Shown one piece after another: positions 21,667 through 32,019 of a DNA stretch of 64,000 bases. This DNA comes from Opitutales bacterium (GTDB lineage: Bacteria > Verrucomicrobiota > Verrucomicrobiia > Opitutales > PNEW01): the NCBI GenBank assembly GCA_965197745.1, contig CBDANS010000007.1, forward strand, positions 960,001 to 1,024,000, in the 5' to 3' direction. How positions within the stretch are numbered: the stretch's first letter is position 1; the number at the start of each line of letters is the position of its first letter. The translations under genes were made by a program, and so were the position numbers. The notes beneath the pieces are model-generated. The model had not been told where the DNA came from and did no database searches. It worked only from the letters and a program-made list of their open reading frames with translations.

Positions 21667-21849
21667 TTAAATCCACACTTAAATTCTTGCCCGTTTCCTG
21701 GCTGAAGATCACCAAAAAAAGTATGATTCCTGCCCATGTCAGGAAATTAGAGGAAAATATAAATTATTATTGTGCCGTTATTTAAGTATAACTAATTGTT
21801 AACAAGCAGTTTATTATAAGGCATTATTGAGTCCCGTTCATAGTCGGTT
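21667..21849 (+). repeat. att-like island end, copy 1
   Basis: Homologous to 28381-28583; last 36 bp identical. Confidence 0.75.
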
Positions 21850-22171
21850 TCATCGAGTCGTTTCACAACCGATTACGCGATGTACCGAGGAACGTAGTGA
21901 CGACATAGCGAAGCGCTCATGTTTGAATCGTGAAGTGTTGCTCAGCGTAGCTGAAGCGCAAGTGGTAATCGAACAATGCTGTCAGAACTATAACCATGAA
22001 CATCCCCACAGTCGTTTAGGCTTTAAAAGCCCACAAGAGTTTATCAGATTCCTTTCCGATTTTGGCTGCGTTCGGGCTACGCCCTCATTGCATCCAAAAC
22101 TTGACTTCCTCTACCAACTTAAACCTCTCCAGACTAACTCTCCCGGTGGACCAGTTTGTGTAACCCGACCA
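21845..22171 (+). mobile_element. IS3 type A-related 3' fragment with a different right end
   Basis: GF.ESFHNRLRD + 36-nt insert + CLNREVLLS; ends GGACCAGTTTGTGTAACCCGACCA. Confidence 0.8.
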
Positions 22172-22333
22172 CGACGAATACTTACCTTCGAAACATTTTA
22201 ACTTAACTGGAGATGGCTATTTTAAACATCAAAATTGAAGGTCAACGAGTAGGGTCGTAATACGCCTTTCGTCGGATTTTGGATTGCAGTAAATGTAACG
22301 TGAGATACCTCTACGCGTAAAAAGCGTTCAGAA

Positions 22334-22690
22334 GTGAGATGGAGAACTAAATTCGTCCGATCAAGTAATGCCGATGTGCCAAATCGTCCCGGTATTTATG
22401 TGATCGGCCATATCGATGACACGAATGGATTACCAATCCGTAACCACTTTGTGTATGTTGGAATCACTAAAAATCTGAAGAGGAGGTTGAGAGAGCATTC
22501 ACATCTTACAGAAACGAATCCAAAACTCGCTATGTATTTAAGCCAAAATAGAACGAAATCAAGATTTTGGTTTACGACAGAAATACCTAATAAAGAATTG
22601 GCTGGATTAGAATCTGAACTTATCAGAACACTCAGACCTATCTACAACTCACAGAAGAAGAGAATTCACAAATCAGGAGGGAACAAATGA
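22334..22690 (+). CDS. GIY-YIG nuclease family protein
   Basis: VPNRPGIYVI..FVYVGITKNLKRRLREH..LESELIRTLRPIYN. Confidence 0.88.
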   Translation: MRWRTKFVRSSNADVPNRPGIYVIGHIDDTNGLPIRNHFVYVGITKNLKRRLREHSHLTETNPKLAMYLSQNRTKSRFWFTTEIPNKELAGLESELIRTLRPIYNSQKKRIHKSGGNK

Positions 22691-23264
22691 AAGACCTAAA
22701 TGAACAACTGATAAATGACGTAACAGAACAAGAAGAACGGAAGAGTCAAGCGTTGAATCTGCTTTTGAACGAATACCGGGAGAAGAAGGGGCATCTGATC
22801 GGATTAACTTCTCAAATGGGCTTAACTCGTTCATACGTCACGAGCAGTTCGCTTGAATGGATAGGAGAACATCTTAGATTTGCAAACCAACTCCCTATAT
22901 TCAATGAAAAGATAGATAAAAAAACTGGGAAGATTATAATCGATCGTGAAACACTAACTCTAATTCAACAACGTGAACTTGATTGGAGACGTCAGTATCC
23001 TATGACGCTTTATTTAGCCAAAAGAAAACAACACAAATTTCCACCAATGTTAGTTGTGTCATGGCAACCTTGGGTAGGTAATCCAAATGCAAATGAGTGG
23101 AGTAACGACAAAGCTTTGAAGGATAGTATTAACGCTCAAGGATTAGATAATGAATCTTACTATGTTGATATCGAAATTACCGATACTGATCAACTCTACG
23201 TAATCGACGGTCAACACCGACTCATGGCAATACAGGGACTAAGCAATCTTTTAAATAAAGGTAA
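22687..23264 (+). pseudogene. DGQHR-domain (DndB/ParB-like) protein truncated by IS
   Basis: IQQRELDWRR, HKFPPMLVV, LYVIDGQHRLMAI; reading frame runs into the IS end at 23265. Confidence 0.85.
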
Positions 23265-24525
23265 TGGTTGGACCCCGCGTTTTAGTCCACTTTCAATGAG
23301 ACAATCTCCGTGATTGTGGTTTCATCAGTAAAGGTACCGGCTCCGGTCGTCCTCCGGACTCCCTCCGCCGGAACCTTGGGTCTGTAATTTTCTTGGCATA
23401 TTGCGCCGGAGTTAGCAAGCCCAAGGAGCGATGGGGACGAATCTTATTATAATATTCCAGCCAGTCTCCTATCACCACGGGGGATTCAGTGAGGGTGTAG
23501 AGCAGCTCGCGATCAAGGCATTGCGCTCGTAAACGACTGTTGAAGCTTTCGATATATCCATTCTGCCAGGGACAGCCAGGATCGATGTAAATCGTTTCGA
23601 TCTGGTTCTCGCGCAACCAGCGCTGTATAGCTTGCGCGATAAATTCTGGACCATTGTCAGAACGAATAAACAGGGGTGCGCCATGCCGGGAAATCATTCG
23701 CTGCAACAGAACCAGTACCTCGGCTGCTTTGATCGCGCGGTCAGCATGAAGAACGTGGCACTCCCGCGTATAGTCATCGATGATGCTGAAAACACGCAGT
23801 TTGCCGCCACGCTGGGTGTAGTCCGAAACGAAATCCCACGCCCACACGTGGTTCTTGTGTTTGGCCTCTTGAGGCAAACCCGTGGACAGGCCGCGGCGGC
23901 GCTTTCGAGGTTTGGGCGGCGGTACTTGCAGTCCCTCTTCGCGGCGTAGGCGCTGCACCTGTTTCTTGTTTACCCGGTAGCCCATTTCACCCAGCATTTG
24001 ATTGATTTTTTTGTAGCCAAGAGTCGGGTGCTTCCGCGACAGGCGAACGATCGCAGTCTCCAGCAACTGCTTCTTATCAGGCACAGGCTTGGAGCGGTAG
24101 CGCAGGGTCGAGCGGTTGAATCCCAGCCATCGGCATATGGCCCGCCCGGAACACGACAAAGCTCGCTGAACTTTTTCGGCGACGCCACGCTGTCGCTCCG
24201 GGCTCAGATGTTTTTTTCCAAGGCTAGCTCCAGGGCCTTTATATTCAGAAGCTGGTCAGCGAGCAGTTTTTTAAGTTCAGTGTTCTCTTTCCCCAGCTCC
24301 TTCAACCTTCGTGCCGCCATACTTGCTCCTCCACCGGTAGTAAGTCTGCCGGCTGATGTTGCGCCGGCGGCAGACCTCATCGGTCGTCAGCCCGGCGGCC
24401 TCCGATTCTCGCAGTATACGAATGATATTTTCGGTCGTGTCTCGCGTTTGCTTCATGATCATTTTCCTTCCTTTTGTTGGAAAATCGTCTCAGTAGCAAT
24501 GGACCAGTTTATTGGGACCCAACCA
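23265..24525 (-). mobile_element. IS3-family element type C
   Basis: IRs TGGTTGGACCCC..GTCCA / TGGTTGGGTCCC..GTCCA; orfB 23293-24159 ([23 protein letters not shown]); orfA frameshifted. Confidence 0.92.
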
Positions 24526-24540
24526 CTCCAAGTTTTAATG

Positions 24541-24725
24541 CAAAGTACTCGATCAGTGGGCTTATGGCCACGGCATCGAGCTGGATTTTATCCGGCCAGG
24601 CAGACTCGTAGAAAATGGCTATATTGAGAGATTCAATGGGGACGCTTGGCGGCTTGATTATAATACTCAAAGACCACCCTGCCGGAACTAACACTGGCTC
24701 TGGTACAGTAATCGGGAGCAGGTCA
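24541..24725 (+). mobile_element. IS3 type B 3' remnant with internal deletions
   Basis: Matches type B orfB end and right IR ..CGGGAGCAGGTCA. Confidence 0.85.
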
Positions 24726-24806
24726 TGTTGGGTATATGGATCAAAACTATGATCTAAGAACAGATAAAAATCCGTCATAAATAAAGTAATTAAGCTTCAA
24801 TATCAT

Positions 24807-25379
24807 ATAACGAATCAGATAAGCGGAATAGTAAAGAAAAGTCACAAGATTGACTCGTTGCTTATTATAGTATCTTTAGCTGGTAAGTATTACGATGATA
24901 AATCTGATGTAGATTTGATTGCTTATTGTAATAGGTTACCAATGTTAAAAGAAATCCGAGATTTGTTTAAAGATGATTCAATTCAAAAAACTTTAATCCC
25001 TTATAATGGATTTCAAATCCACTTAACTAACTTTGAAATTAAAGCCAGCATCATATTTTTAAATGTATCTTTTATTGAAAAATTAGTAAGAAAATATCCA
25101 AACATTAATTTCGGCGAATATAGAGAGTTGTGTGATAAATTAATTAACTCAAAGGTTCTTTTTGATAAAAAACATCTAATTTCTCCATATAAAAATCAGG
25201 TTAAGAAAATTCCAGACACTCTATAGAAAAGGATAATAGAGATGAATTACTATAATTTAAGATATTATTTCATTAAGGGTGAGATCCGATTAGACGGTGA
25301 AAGAGGAAACTGGATTATGGTAAATCAGAGAATTCATCAAAGTGTAGAGAAGCTACTAACATTAATATATCTGTTGAAT
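24807..25379 (+). pseudogene. Nucleotidyltransferase-domain protein (decayed)
   Basis: IDSLLIIVSLAGKYYDDKSDVDL resembles the hGS..SDhD motif; in-frame TAG at 25224-25226, frame continues to the IS at 25380; start uncertain. Confidence 0.55.
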
Positions 25380-26257
25380 TGGAGTGACCCCAAAAAATCG
25401 TATCATTTACAGTGAGAGGTTATCCGGATAAACGGATAACCAAAATGAAAAGAAAAAGATACACAACAGAACAGATCATAGCAATACTCCGGCAAGCCGA
25501 TACCGGTAAAACGGTATCGGAAATCTGCCGTAGCAACAACGTAAGTGAACAGACCTTCTATCGCTGGGGTAATAAGTATGGCAATTTAGAACTGGCCGAT
25601 GCGAAGCGATTTAAAGAGCTGGAAAAAAAATTCACAAGCCTAAGCGAGAAAACCTGCCATACCGAGCTAAAGAAGCTGCTCGCTGATCAAATGCTCAAGA
25701 ATCAGGTGATGGAGGAAACGCTGTCAAAAAAATGGTGAGCCCAAAGCAAAATAAAGGAGTAGTAAAAGACGCGGCTGAAGGGGAGCTGTGCCCGTTGCGG
25801 GGGGGCTTATGCTTATCTCAGCCTGAGTTGGTCAATGTCCAGTTACCGGCCCAAGCTTTCCATTAGGAAAGCTCAGGGATTGTCCGACAAAAAGATCAAG
25901 GCGATATATATCGATCCGGGCAGCCCTTGGCAAAACGGTTTCATTGAGTCGTTTTACAACCGCTTACCCGATGTACCGAGGAACGTAGTGACGACATAGC
26001 GAAGCGCTCATGTTTGAACCCTGATGTGTTGCTCAGCGTGGCTGAAGCGCAAGGGGTAATCGAACAATGGCATCAGACCTACAATAATAAACATCCCCAT
26101 AGTCCTTTAGGCTTTAAAAGCCAACTGGAGTTTGTCAGATTACATTCAGATCTTGGCCACGCTTCGCATAGATCTCTCAAATACAACAATGCTGAAACCA
26201 TTAACGCCCGGTAACTCTCTCACTTAAAAAATTGGTACGAAAACCGGGGTCCGATCA
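25380..26257 (+). mobile_element. IS3-family element type A, copy 4 (internally deleted)
   Basis: Both termini; orfA 25445-25738 with in-frame insert; several hundred bp of orfB deleted near 25885. Confidence 0.92.
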
Positions 26258-26260
26258 ATT

Positions 26261-27097
26261 GTGTCACAGGAATATTGGAATAATTACGCTCCAACTGAAG
26301 CGCTTCGGAATTGTGAGAATCCAGAAGACTACATTTACTATCTTTTAGTTTCTCAAACTCTCACGTCATTTCTGTCTAGTGTCGACTCTGTCCTTGACGT
26401 CGGTGGAGGTCCAGGCAGGTTCAGCCTGGATATCGCACCACATGTTAAAACAGTAGAACACATTGACTTTTCTCAGAAGATGCTCGACTTAGCGGTCAAA
26501 AAAGCCCGTAAGCTAGTAATTAAAAATATCAACTTCAAAAAAGTAGATGCAAAAGACTTATCTCAATATTCCGACCAACAGTTTGATAAAGTTATTTCTA
26601 TAAATACTCCAATTTCCTTCTCAGGACATGATTGGAAATTAGCTCTAACTGAAATGTGCAGGGTTGCATCAAAAGCTGTTTTATTTACAGTATCAAATTT
26701 CATTTCAGCCTTCCCACGGTTGCTTGAAGTTTCACTAGAAAAGGACATTGGATGGGACACCCTAGCAACTGAGTTATTTAACAATCATTTATTTGACAGA
26801 GAAAGAGGAAAGACTGTAGGTATCGATTTTCCATCGGTTCAATCGTTTCTCCCTGGAGAGATAGAACGAGAATTTTGGGATCTTGGTTTTCAGGTAAGGG
26901 ATGTCCGAGGGTTAGCCATTCTATGTCGAATGATGAATCCTGAGCATTTAAAGACCATTATTAGTGATAAAAAACGGCTATCTTCTTTTCTCGAATATGA
27001 ATCTATTCTCGCGACAGCGTATGGAAAGTGGGCACCATCACGTGAAATTATGTTTATTGCTGAAAGAAAAGTTATAGGAAGTGACCTGTCCCCGTAA
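26261..27097 (+). CDS. Class I SAM-dependent methyltransferase
   Basis: VLDVGGGPGRF, IDFSQKML, DAKDL..FDKV; both ends abut IS elements and the last residues derive from the IS. Confidence 0.88.
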   Translation: MSQEYWNNYAPTEALRNCENPEDYIYYLLVSQTLTSFLSSVDSVLDVGGGPGRFSLDIAPHVKTVEHIDFSQKMLDLAVKKARKLVIKNINFKKVDAKDLSQYSDQQFDKVISINTPISFSGHDWKLALTEMCRVASKAVLFTVSNFISAFPRLLEVSLEKDIGWDTLATELFNNHLFDRERGKTVGIDFPSVQSFLPGEIEREFWDLGFQVRDVRGLAILCRMMNPEHLKTIISDKKRLSSFLEYESILATAYGKWAPSREIMFIAERKVIGSDLSP

Positions 27098-28328
27098 AAC
27101 TGGACCAGCGAAGATTTAGTCTGGCATGGGTGAAAAAGCTAATAAAAAATAGGAGAAAGAACCACCCATGAAAAGCAAAGGAAAACGCTATAATAAAGAA
27201 CAAATCATCAATGGCCTAAGGCAGGTTGAAGGCGGTCGAAGGATTGCCGAAGTGTGTCGAGAGTTAGGCGTGAGCGAACAGACCTACCACAGTTGGAAGG
27301 GTAAATACGCGGGCATGGGAATCAGCGAATTAAGACGGCTGAAGCAACTCGACGAAGAGAACGCCAGTTTGAAGAAGCTGGTCGCTGATCTGAGCCTGGA
27401 CAAGCATATGCGGCAGGAAGTTATCACATAAAAGTTGTAAAGCCTGTGCGCAAGAAGGCGATTGCTGAGTGGTTAGTGGAAGCTTATGAGGTGAGCAAAC
27501 GCCGGGCGTGCAGGCTGATGCAGTTGTGTTGGTCGAGTTATAACTACCAGCCTGTGAAGAATGGACGAGTTGCGCGCTGATCGTGCGCATACGAGACCTC
27601 GCCGCCGCGCGGGTGCGCTACGGGTATAGGCGAATCACGGTGTTATTAAAGCGGGAAGGCTGGACGGTAGGAAAGAAACGCGTTTATCGTATCTACAAGG
27701 CCGAAGGGCTGGAAGTGCGCACGAAGAAACGAAAGAAGCGTGCCGCGCAAAGGCGGGTCTCACTGCCCGCGGCTTCAGCAGCCCAGGAGCGCTGGTCGAT
27801 GGACTTTATGAGCGATCGGCTGACCAACGGCCGCCCCTTCCGCATTCTCACCGTTGTCGATCAATACACTCGAGCTTGCCCACTGCTTCTGGTCGATACG
27901 TCCATCGGTGGGCGCAAAGTCGCTGCCGCACTTATGAAAGCCGCCGCAGGAATCGGTCTTCCCCAAACCATTACCGTCGATAATGGGCCCGAGTTTGCCG
28001 GCAAAGTACTCGATGAGTGGGCTTATGGCCACGGCATCAAGCTGGATTTTATCCGCCCAGGCAAACCCGTAGAGAATGGTTATATTGAGAGCTTCAATGG
28101 ACGCTTACGCGATGAACTTCTTAACACCGAGCTATTTTGTACGCTGGTGCAAGCGAAAGAAAAACTTGATGCCTGGCGGCTTGATTATAATACTCAAAGA
28201 CCACACCGTTCTCTGGGCTATCGGCCTCCGGCCGAATACGCCCACAGAGCCATGTCTAAGCAAATTAAAACCCATACCACCCTGCCGGAACTAACACTGG
28301 CTCTGGTACAGTAATCGGGTGCAGGTCA
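27082..28328 (+). mobile_element. IS3-family element type B, copy 2
   Basis: Same IRs as 16326-17615; orfA 27168-27431, orfB frameshifted, ends 28314. Confidence 0.93.
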
Positions 28329-28379
28329 TTATCCCGATAACCTCTCTCTTTAAATGATACAATTTTTTGGGGTCACTCA
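28329..28379 (-). mobile_element. IS3 type A left-end remnant
   Basis: TTATCCCGATAACCTCTCTC..GGGGTCACTCAA is the reverse complement of the type A left end. Confidence 0.8.
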
Positions 28380-28380
28380 A

Positions 28381-28583
28381 TTAAATCCACCCAAAAATTC
28401 TTGGCCGATTCCTGGCCGAATATCAGCAAAAAAATATGATTCTTGCCCTTTCCTGCCAAACATTTAGAGGCAAGGACAGGAAATTAGAGGAAAATATAAA
28501 TTATTATTGTATCGTTATTTAAGTGTAACTATTTGTTATTAAGTAGCTTATAAGGCATTATTGAGTCCCGTTCATAGTCGGTT
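28381..28583 (+). repeat. att-like island end, copy 2, at the island/core boundary
   Basis: Homologous to 21667-21849; contains repeated TTC(C/T)TG(G)CC motifs; no IS or cargo lies to its right. Confidence 0.75.
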
Positions 28584-28697
28584 CTGTCTCATCGTCTACG
28601 TTTAAGATAGCCACTTTTGAGCCCTGCGACAGCGGGGCGACATCTTCCAAAGGCACCCGTCGTCGTCCCATTAAATTGGGACTATGCCGTGGCGAAG

Positions 28698-28837
28698 CAA
28701 AATTCACATAAAAGCATTTTGAGTATAAATTTTTATTCTAATTATCTACCTATTGCATAATCGTACTACTAAGCGGGCGCGACGAAGCACGTCCCTCCAG
28801 ATAAATAAAAATGGAGGGCCACGCGTTGTCGTGGCCG
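28698..28837 (+). repeat. REPIN-like intergenic element (inverted GGAG-type REP pair)
   Basis: About 140 bp nearly identical to 37616-37755; REPs GGAGGGCCACGC..GTGGCC and GGAGGGACG..CG(C/T)CC in inverted orientation. Confidence 0.85.
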
Positions 28838-28956
28838 ATTGGATTGTATTATGATAATTAATTCGTCCATCCAATCTTCCAATCTTCCCTTCTTCCATCC
28901 ACCCTTCCTTCTTGTCTCTTTTGTATCTCTTGTGCATCTTGTGGCTGTATCTTAAC

Positions 28957-28986
28957 ATGAATACGTTAGTCATAGGTGGTGCGGGA
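28957..28986 (+). repeat. 30-bp duplicate of the galE 5' end
   Basis: ATGAATACGTTAGTCATAGGTGGTGCGGGA identical to 29195-29224. Confidence 0.95.
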
Positions 28987-29194
28987 AGTGTTTAGGCCAT
29001 TACTTAAATTATAGGTATGATGATGATAAATAATCTTCGTCTTCGTCTGCCTCCTCGTCTTCGTCTTTGGTTGATAATTTAGGAATAATGAAAAAATATA
29101 TCAAAATTATATTATCCAATTTAAGTAATAAATGGTTATGAGGAAATAGGGGACGAAGACGAGGACGCAGACGAAGACGAAGCTAAATAATTTA

Positions 29195-30184
29195 ATGAAT
29201 ACGTTAGTCATAGGTGGTGCGGGATATATCGGGTCTCACTGTGTGCGGCAATTGGTCGCAGCTGGTCATCGCACCGTAGTGCTAGATAATTTTATTACCG
29301 GGCATCGCAAGGCGCTCGATTCTTCTCTCGCTCTCTATGAAGGTGATCTGGGCGATGAAAAACTTGTGGGTGATGTTTTGGATAAGGAGAAAATTGAAAT
29401 TGTCATGCACTTCGCGGCGCATGCCTTTGTCGGAGAATCGGTGGAAAAACCGCTGAAGTATTATGAAAATAATGTAGTTAAACCGATCCGTCTCATACGG
29501 ACGATGCTCGATCGTGGGGTCACAAAATTTGTTTTCTCTTCAACTTGCGCTATTTTCGGTGCAGCGGAGAAACTACCGATTACCGAAGATGCACCCCAAA
29601 ATCCGATCAACCCCTATGGACAGACAAAACTCGATATGGAAAATATTCTTCGCGCATCCGCCCATGCCTATGGTTTGAGTTTTGCTGCTTTTCGCTATTT
29701 CAATGCCGCAGGCGCGGCTAAAGACGGGTCAATTGGAGAAGATGTTGACCCGGCAACCCGACTCACGCCGATCGCCATCGCCGTGGCGATGGGAAAAAGG
29801 AAACATCTCGATATTTTTGGCACGGATTATCCCACCCCCGATGGCACGTGCCTGCGTGATTACGTGCATGTCGATGATCTCTCTCGAGCGCATATTGCGG
29901 TTTTCGATAAACTCGATAGAGCGGGTGCTGCTTATTTCTACAATCTGGGAACGGGCACTCCGTGCTCGGTGCGCGAGGTGATTCAGGCAACAGAAAAAAT
30001 AACCGGGTTGAAAATCCCTACGCAAGAGGTCAAGCGTCGACCGGGCGATCCCCCTGTATTGTACGCGGATTCAAGTAAAGCGCAAAAAGAGTTGGGATGG
30101 AAGATCGAGTACTCGACTATCGAGTCCATTATTGAAACCGCCTGGAAATGGCATCAGAGCCATCCGGTAGGGTTTGAAAAATAA
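29195..30184 (+). CDS. galE: UDP-glucose 4-epimerase
   Basis: GGAGYIGSH, HFAA..VGESV, FSSTCA, NPYGQTK, RYFNAAGA, DGTCLRDYVHV. Confidence 0.96.
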   Translation: MNTLVIGGAGYIGSHCVRQLVAAGHRTVVLDNFITGHRKALDSSLALYEGDLGDEKLVGDVLDKEKIEIVMHFAAHAFVGESVEKPLKYYENNVVKPIRLIRTMLDRGVTKFVFSSTCAIFGAAEKLPITEDAPQNPINPYGQTKLDMENILRASAHAYGLSFAAFRYFNAAGAAKDGSIGEDVDPATRLTPIAIAVAMGKRKHLDIFGTDYPTPDGTCLRDYVHVDDLSRAHIAVFDKLDRAGAAYFYNLGTGTPCSVREVIQATEKITGLKIPTQEVKRRPGDPPVLYADSSKAQKELGWKIEYSTIESIIETAWKWHQSHPVGFEK

Positions 30185-30203
30185 AGCCGGAGGCTTTATT
30201 TTT
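30180..30203 (+). terminator. Probable intrinsic terminator of galE
   Basis: AATAAAGCC-GGA-GGCTTTATT hairpin followed by a T run. Confidence 0.55.
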
Positions 30204-30205
30204 CA

Positions 30206-30310
30206 GTGTTACGTTTTAGGTGTTAGGTTTTAAGCGAAGAGCTTACCTCCAAAATTAAAACCTTCGACCTTTGACTCTTTACCTAAAACCTAAAACTTAA
30301 CACCTAACAC
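30206..30310. repeat. Inverted heptamer-repeat element (GTGTTAG/GTTTTAG ... CTAAAAC/CTAACAC)
   Basis: Tandem 7-mers on the left, their reverse complements on the right; homologues at 36292, 45722, 60745 and 63374. Confidence 0.85.
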
Positions 30311-30327
30311 AAAAAATTTTAAATTCT

Positions 30328-31902
30328 TTAAAATTTTAATGAGAACTGCTCGATACGTTTGCGGAGGGTGGAGCGGGTAATACCGAGAATAGCGGCGGCT
30401 TTGACTTGATTCCCCCCGGTTTCCTTTAAAGCACGTTGAATCATTTCGCGTTCGATCTCATGAAGGATATCTTTATTCGTCATCTCTCTTACTTCGTGGT
30501 ATAATCGGTCCATTACATTTCCTTGAATGGTATCATCGGTTGCCTTGCTCTCTGCCTGGCGTGTGGTTGAAGGTGATTGATCTGCATTGGCAGGTTCGGG
30601 TTTTTTTCCCTCATGTATGAAGGGTGGATTCGAACCTATGAGCTCCGTCTCTTTTACATCCTTTTCAACAGTGCCATTAATATTCTCTTCAGTTTCGGTA
30701 GTGAGCCCTCCCTTGTCGAGTATCTCCTGGGGAAGGTTTTTGACGAGAATGACGTCACCCCGCGCGACGACAGCGCTGCGGTGAATGACATTTTCCAACT
30801 CTCTCACATTTCCCGGCCAATCATATTTCATCAACACATTCAATGCTTCGGACGATACTTGCTTAACACTCAGTTTTTCTTCCTTCGCCAGTTCCTGAAG
30901 GATAAAATCAACAAGATGAGGGATATCGCTTTTACGTTCCTGTAGCGGGGGTAACTTCAGGCGGACAACATTCAGACGGTAGTATAAGTCTTCCCTGAAA
31001 AGATTCTCCTCAACCATTTTCTCGATATCTTTATTCGTAGCAGCAATCAATCGGACACCGACTTTGATCGTTTCACTGCCACCGACCCGCTGTAGTTCTC
31101 CGTCTTGTAATACACGAAGAATCTTCGTCTGTGTGGATAATGACATGTCTCCAATCTCGTCGAGAAAGATGGTGCCTTGATCACTCAATTCAAATCTACC
31201 GATACGCTGCTGGGTAGCACCGGTGAAGGCACCTTTTTCGTGTCCGAAGAGTTCACTTTCGATAAGGTTCTCGGGAATAGCTGCGCAGTTAACGGCGACA
31301 AAGGGACAATTAGCACGATGACTGTGCTGGTAAATACAATGTGCAACGAGTTCTTTGCCCGTTCCGCTTTCCCCGGTGATCATCACGGTTACATCACTGG
31401 TCGAAACTTGACCGATAACTTTGAAAACTTCATGCATGGCACGAGATGAGCCGACAATGCCTTCCTGGTAATCATTAATATTGAGCAGGGGTGTATACGC
31501 AGAATCGGCTTTTTCAAGATCCTCATAAGCCTTGAGCGCGTTTACCGTAAGATTGAGGACACGCTTAGTGTCAAAAGGCTTTACGATATAATCATATGCG
31601 CCAAACTTCATGGCTTCGATAGCAGTTTGGGTAGTACTGAAAGCGGTCATTAAGATGACCATGATGTTAGGGTTAATATTCCGAAGGTGCTGTAAAGTTT
31701 CCAGACCGCTAATACCTTCCATCCGGTTATCGAGAAAAATAACTGCGGGTGTTTCCTTTTCTGCTACATCGATACCTTCTCTGCCGCTTGCCGCACAGAG
31801 GACCTGGTAATTGCTCGCGGACAGCACACGCTGCAGGGAGTACCGGACCTCGGCGTCATCATCAATGACAAGAACTGACCGATCGCTACTATTTGAAACC
31901 AT
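30328..31902 (-). CDS. Sigma-54-dependent response regulator (NtrC family)
   Basis: Receiver VLVIDDD..FLDNRM; AAA+ [23 protein letters not shown]; Fis HTH; start moved to the ATG at 31902. Confidence 0.95.
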   Translation of the reverse strand: MVSNSSDRSVLVIDDDAEVRYSLQRVLSASNYQVLCAASGREGIDVAEKETPAVIFLDNRMEGISGLETLQHLRNINPNIMVILMTAFSTTQTAIEAMKFGAYDYIVKPFDTKRVLNLTVNALKAYEDLEKADSAYTPLLNINDYQEGIVGSSRAMHEVFKVIGQVSTSDVTVMITGESGTGKELVAHCIYQHSHRANCPFVAVNCAAIPENLIESELFGHEKGAFTGATQQRIGRFELSDQGTIFLDEIGDMSLSTQTKILRVLQDGELQRVGGSETIKVGVRLIAATNKDIEKMVEENLFREDLYYRLNVVRLKLPPLQERKSDIPHLVDFILQELAKEEKLSVKQVSSEALNVLMKYDWPGNVRELENVIHRSAVVARGDVILVKNLPQEILDKGGLTTETEENINGTVEKDVKETELIGSNPPFIHEGKKPEPANADQSPSTTRQAESKATDDTIQGNVMDRLYHEVREMTNKDILHEIEREMIQRALKETGGNQVKAAAILGITRSTLRKRIEQFSLKF

Positions 31903-32019
31903 TATATTTAATATTGTGTAAACGGATAAAATTATCAGATTACCCGGTAATTGATCAAAATGATAATTAAGGATTAAGCAAGTTGCTTGCTTTTTTAAAT
32001 AGGATAATATTGAGCACTG

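Noticed and set aside
22203..22216. 14-nt match TTAACTGGAGATGG to the IS1595 transposase (minus strand, near 11810)
   Set aside because: Matches of this length are expected by chance in a 64-kb self-comparison.
23998..24627. 209-aa plus-strand ORF and other short ORFs overlapping IS copies
   Set aside because: Antisense or alternative frames of transposase genes.
28563..28583. GAGTCCCGTTCATAGTCGGTT as a tRNA fragment
   Set aside because: No TTC loop or CCA at the right spacing and no cloverleaf.
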